Assembly: GCA_963761125.1 (NCBI GenBank)
Contig: CAVXFV010000013.1
Coordinates: 24,748-88,747 of the forward strand
Direction: 5' to 3'
DNA: 64,000 nucleotides
DNA from: Candidatus Latescibacterota bacterium
GTDB lineage: Bacteria; Krumholzibacteriota; Krumholzibacteriia; WVZY01; JAKEHA01
The position numbers were made by a program, and so were the translations under genes. The notes under the pieces were generated by a model. The model was not told the origin of the DNA. It ran no database searches and saw nothing but the letters and a program-made list of their open reading frames with translations. Below, one piece after another: positions 61,564 to 64,000 of the stretch (position 1 is the first letter of the stretch; each line of letters begins with the position of its first letter).

Positions 61564-62907
61564 ATGCGCCTCCTCCGATTCATACCCCTCGCGGCCGTCG
61601 CCCTGCTGTGCCTGTCCGCCCCCGCGACCCGCGCGCAAACGGGCGAGCAGTCGGTGCCGTCCGAATGGAACGGCGAGGCACTATTCGACTCGACGACGAC
61701 TCAAGAGGAACTCCTGGAAATGGCGCGCTCGGCGGCAACCATGTCGCGCTTCCGGCTGGCGGAGATCTATTACCAGGAAGCGTTGCTCCGGCGGCCGAAC
61801 GACACCGCCGTCATGTGGGAGCTCGCCGCGTTGTATCGGCGCACGGGCCGGTTGGAGTATGCACGAGGCCTGCTCACCCGGGCCGGCCGTCTGGAGCCCG
61901 ACCGGAACGACATCGCCGAGGCGCGCCGTGTGGTCGAACGCGACCTGTTCGCTCAGGTATCGACCCAGGTCGACACCCTGATCGCCGCAGGCAAATATGA
62001 CCAGGCGCTGCCGCGAATCGGTGTCCTGCTGTCAATCGACGGCGAAAACGCCGACGTGCTCGCGGAGAAGGCGCGCTGCCTCGAAGCGACCGGGCAGAGC
62101 GACGCGGCGCTCACCAGCATCAAGCTCGCTCTGGCGCGCGATCCGCGCGACGAGTTCTACCGACTGCGCGACGAAATCGCGCTGAATCTCGAAAAGCGTC
62201 ACGTCGACGACCTGGAGGCATCCGCTCGCCGGCTGCTCGATTCCGGCAACTGGGTCCGCGGCGAAGCCACCGAAGTCCTGCAGGCGATTCTCGCACAGGA
62301 CCCGTCGAACGAATGGGCGCGCGAACAATTCCGGGCACTGTCGGGCGGGACACAACCCCACCTCCCGTCCGACCCGCCCGCGCCCCAGCAGGTGGTCGAC
62401 GCGGTGCGCGACGTCGCGCCGAGCTTCGCCGTCGCGTTGCAGAAACACCTGCCCGCGATCCTGATCTTCTTTGGTGTTCTCGTGGTGTTCCGCTCACCGC
62501 TGACGAGAATGCTCGCGACGCGCTTCCAGCGCTCGTCGATGCTCGCCGGCGACCTGGCGCGCGTCGACGTCGCCGACGCGCTCCGCGTGGCGCACGTGTC
62601 CGGCCTCTCGGGAGTGCTGATCCTGCGCACGCCGGACGGAAAAGCATCCGTCTTCATGGAAGACGGTCAGCCGGTTCACTGCACCGGTTTCGGATTCGAA
62701 GGAATGGAAGCGCTGACGTACATCCTGCACAACGTCCACAACGGCCGCTTCGTCCATCGCAAGCGCCTGGGCAGCGTGGCGCACACGATCGACCAGCCGC
62801 TCGACCTCATCCTCGCGGACGGTGTCGCCGCCCCGGGCGCGTCGGCCAGCCCCCGCAAAAAGAAGAAGTCCCGCATGTCGGAACTTCTCGAAACCAAATC
62901 CGACTAG
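61564..62907 (+). CDS. Signal peptide - TPR repeats - TM - DUF4388-like domain protein
   Basis: MRLLRFIPLAAVALLCLSAPATRA; TPR-like AEIYYQEALLRRPNDTAVMWELAALYRRTGRLEYARGLL; TM segment LPAILIFFGVLVVF. GDLARVDVADALRVAHVSGLSGVLILRTPDGKASVFMEDGQPVHCTGFGFEGMEALTYILHNVHNGRFV matches the DUF4388 pattern from memory. Basic tail PRKKKKSR. Confidence 0.65.
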   Translation: MRLLRFIPLAAVALLCLSAPATRAQTGEQSVPSEWNGEALFDSTTTQEELLEMARSAATMSRFRLAEIYYQEALLRRPNDTAVMWELAALYRRTGRLEYARGLLTRAGRLEPDRNDIAEARRVVERDLFAQVSTQVDTLIAAGKYDQALPRIGVLLSIDGENADVLAEKARCLEATGQSDAALTSIKLALARDPRDEFYRLRDEIALNLEKRHVDDLEASARRLLDSGNWVRGEATEVLQAILAQDPSNEWAREQFRALSGGTQPHLPSDPPAPQQVVDAVRDVAPSFAVALQKHLPAILIFFGVLVVFRSPLTRMLATRFQRSSMLAGDLARVDVADALRVAHVSGLSGVLILRTPDGKASVFMEDGQPVHCTGFGFEGMEALTYILHNVHNGRFVHRKRLGSVAHTIDQPLDLILADGVAAPGASASPRKKKKSRMSELLETKSD

Positions 62908-62911
62908 TCGG

Positions 62912-62926
62912 CCGGGGCCGCCCCGG
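62912..62926. terminator. Short GC hairpin between convergent genes (weak terminator candidate)
   Basis: CCGGGG-CCG-CCCCGG lies between the stop at 62907 (+) and the stop at 62937 (-). No U-tract. Confidence 0.25.
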
Positions 62927-62936
62927 GGAACAGGAC

Positions 62937-64000
62937 TCAACCGCCGTTCGGCGCGACGGCTTCGCGCGCCTTCTGCTGCTCTTTCTGCATCTCCAGCGTG
63001 AGTTTGTAAGACACGTAGTACTTGAGGATGTTGCGGACGTAGGTCGTGGTCTCGCGGCCCACCTTCTCGGACACGATGATTTCGACGTTGTCGAACCACA
63101 CGTCCGGATCGAGCCCCCGTTCGGCCGCCACCTTGCGGAGCTTCGCGATGCGGTTGGGTCCCGCGTTGTACGCGGCGAACGCGAACAGCGTCCGGTTCAT
63201 CTCGTCGAAATGCGCATCGGCGAAGTAGTTCGTCATGATTACGTTCAGGTACTTGGCGCCCGCGTGAATATTGGGCTCGGTGACTGTGACGTCGCCCACT
63301 TTCATCGACGCGCCGGTGTCGGGCATGAGCTGCATGACGCCGATCGCCCCCACCGGGCTGCGCACACTCTGGTCGAGCTTCGATTCCTGGAACCCCTGCG
63401 CGATCAGCATGAGCGGGTCGAAATCGTACTGCTGGCCGTACTTGTCGAAGATCGCCACCGTCTCCTGGAAGCGTTTCCAGTCGTTGCGGCCGGTGGGATC
63501 CTGGAGCCGCTTGACCTGCTTGCTGTACTGCGCGAATCGATACGGAATCGCACCGCGCTTCCTTTCGAACTTGTAGTAGAACTCGTTGAGTTCCGCGGCG
63601 AGGAGCGGGCTGTTCTTGCGATACGCCCAGCCGACGTGGGCGCCCGTGCGCACGGCGGCGTTCTCGTTCACGACGATGTTGGGCAGGATCTTCGCCCACA
63701 TCGTCGCCTTCCAGTCGTCGACGACGATCGCCGGGAGTATCCCGGCGTCGAGCATCTCCATGAGATCCTCGTCCTCGAGCAGTTCGGAAACGGGGATGAT
63801 TTTCACGGGGGCCTTGCCCGCGCGTTCGAACAGGCGGTTCAGAGACTCGAGGCTTTCGTGGTAACTGGACGACAGGCGGACATCGACGGTCTTTCCGGAG
63901 AGGTCCTCCACGCTCGCCAGCGGTCCGTCCTGTTTGCGCGTGAGCACGACTTCGGACACGGACTGCAATTCGGGCGGGGCCGTGAAGTCGACCTGTTGCA
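62937..64000 (-). CDS. mltF: Membrane-bound lytic murein transglycosylase F-like (solute-binding domain plus SLT domain); 5' end outside the window
   Basis: The frame is open to the window edge. The SBP-like part is ..LSGKTVDVRLSSSYHESL..ILPAIVVDDW. The SLT part is LMLIAQGFQESKLDQSVRSPVGAIGVMQLMPDT..AYNAGPNRI. Confidence 0.75.
   Translation of the reverse strand, partial: QQVDFTAPPELQSVSEVVLTRKQDGPLASVEDLSGKTVDVRLSSSYHESLESLNRLFERAGKAPVKIIPVSELLEDEDLMEMLDAGILPAIVVDDWKATMWAKILPNIVVNENAAVRTGAHVGWAYRKNSPLLAAELNEFYYKFERKRGAIPYRFAQYSKQVKRLQDPTGRNDWKRFQETVAIFDKYGQQYDFDPLMLIAQGFQESKLDQSVRSPVGAIGVMQLMPDTGASMKVGDVTVTEPNIHAGAKYLNVIMTNYFADAHFDEMNRTLFAFAAYNAGPNRIAKLRKVAAERGLDPDVWFDNVEIIVSEKVGRETTTYVRNILKYYVSYKLTLEMQKEQQKAREAVAPNGG

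Overview
High-GC (roughly 65-70%) bacterial chromosomal window, almost fully coding. I saw no rRNA, intact tRNA, CRISPR array, transposase or integrase. There are four blocks. (i) 1-13 kb: secreted glutaminase, porin-like OMP, amidohydrolase, an MrfA/MrfB-like (YprA/YprB) helicase-exonuclease pair, secreted M14 and M23 peptidases, and selD, which appears to carry an in-frame UGA (Sec) at the catalytic position. (ii) 13-36.5 kb: a co-directional minus-strand array of seven paralogous Ser/Thr kinase - TM - TolB-like beta-propeller genes. It is interrupted only by a PDZ/retropepsin-like protease and an arylsulfatase, and is followed by an M13 peptidase, an iminopeptidase lipoprotein and a GT-C-like membrane protein. 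(iii) 41.5-50 kb: a defence islet with a local GC trough, in the order hsdM - hsdS - unknown ~188-aa gene - hsdR relic - palindrome - abiEi - abiEii - full-length hsdR. Start/stop overlaps link several of these genes, and a tRNA 3'-end fragment sits next to the hsdM end. This composite locus and its unknown gene are my best candidates for something undescribed. (iv) 50-64 kb: tightly packed intact operons (DUF488, DinB, ICMT, DUF502, GNAT, lipoprotein, SAM-MTase, TusA-like, DUF190-CrcB, ABC exporter pair, HD protein, two TPR proteins, partial MltF). Caveat: many genes in blocks i-iii are broken by frameshifts in a patchy pattern. Six of the seven breaks I inspected by eye can be repaired by adding one base to a short homopolymer, so most are probably assembly or base-calling errors, not true pseudogenes. 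Two disruptions are in-frame TAG codons, which that explanation does not cover. Genes with more than one break are typed pseudogene 'as assembled'. All calls rest on reading the translated ORFs and recognising motifs; no searches were run.
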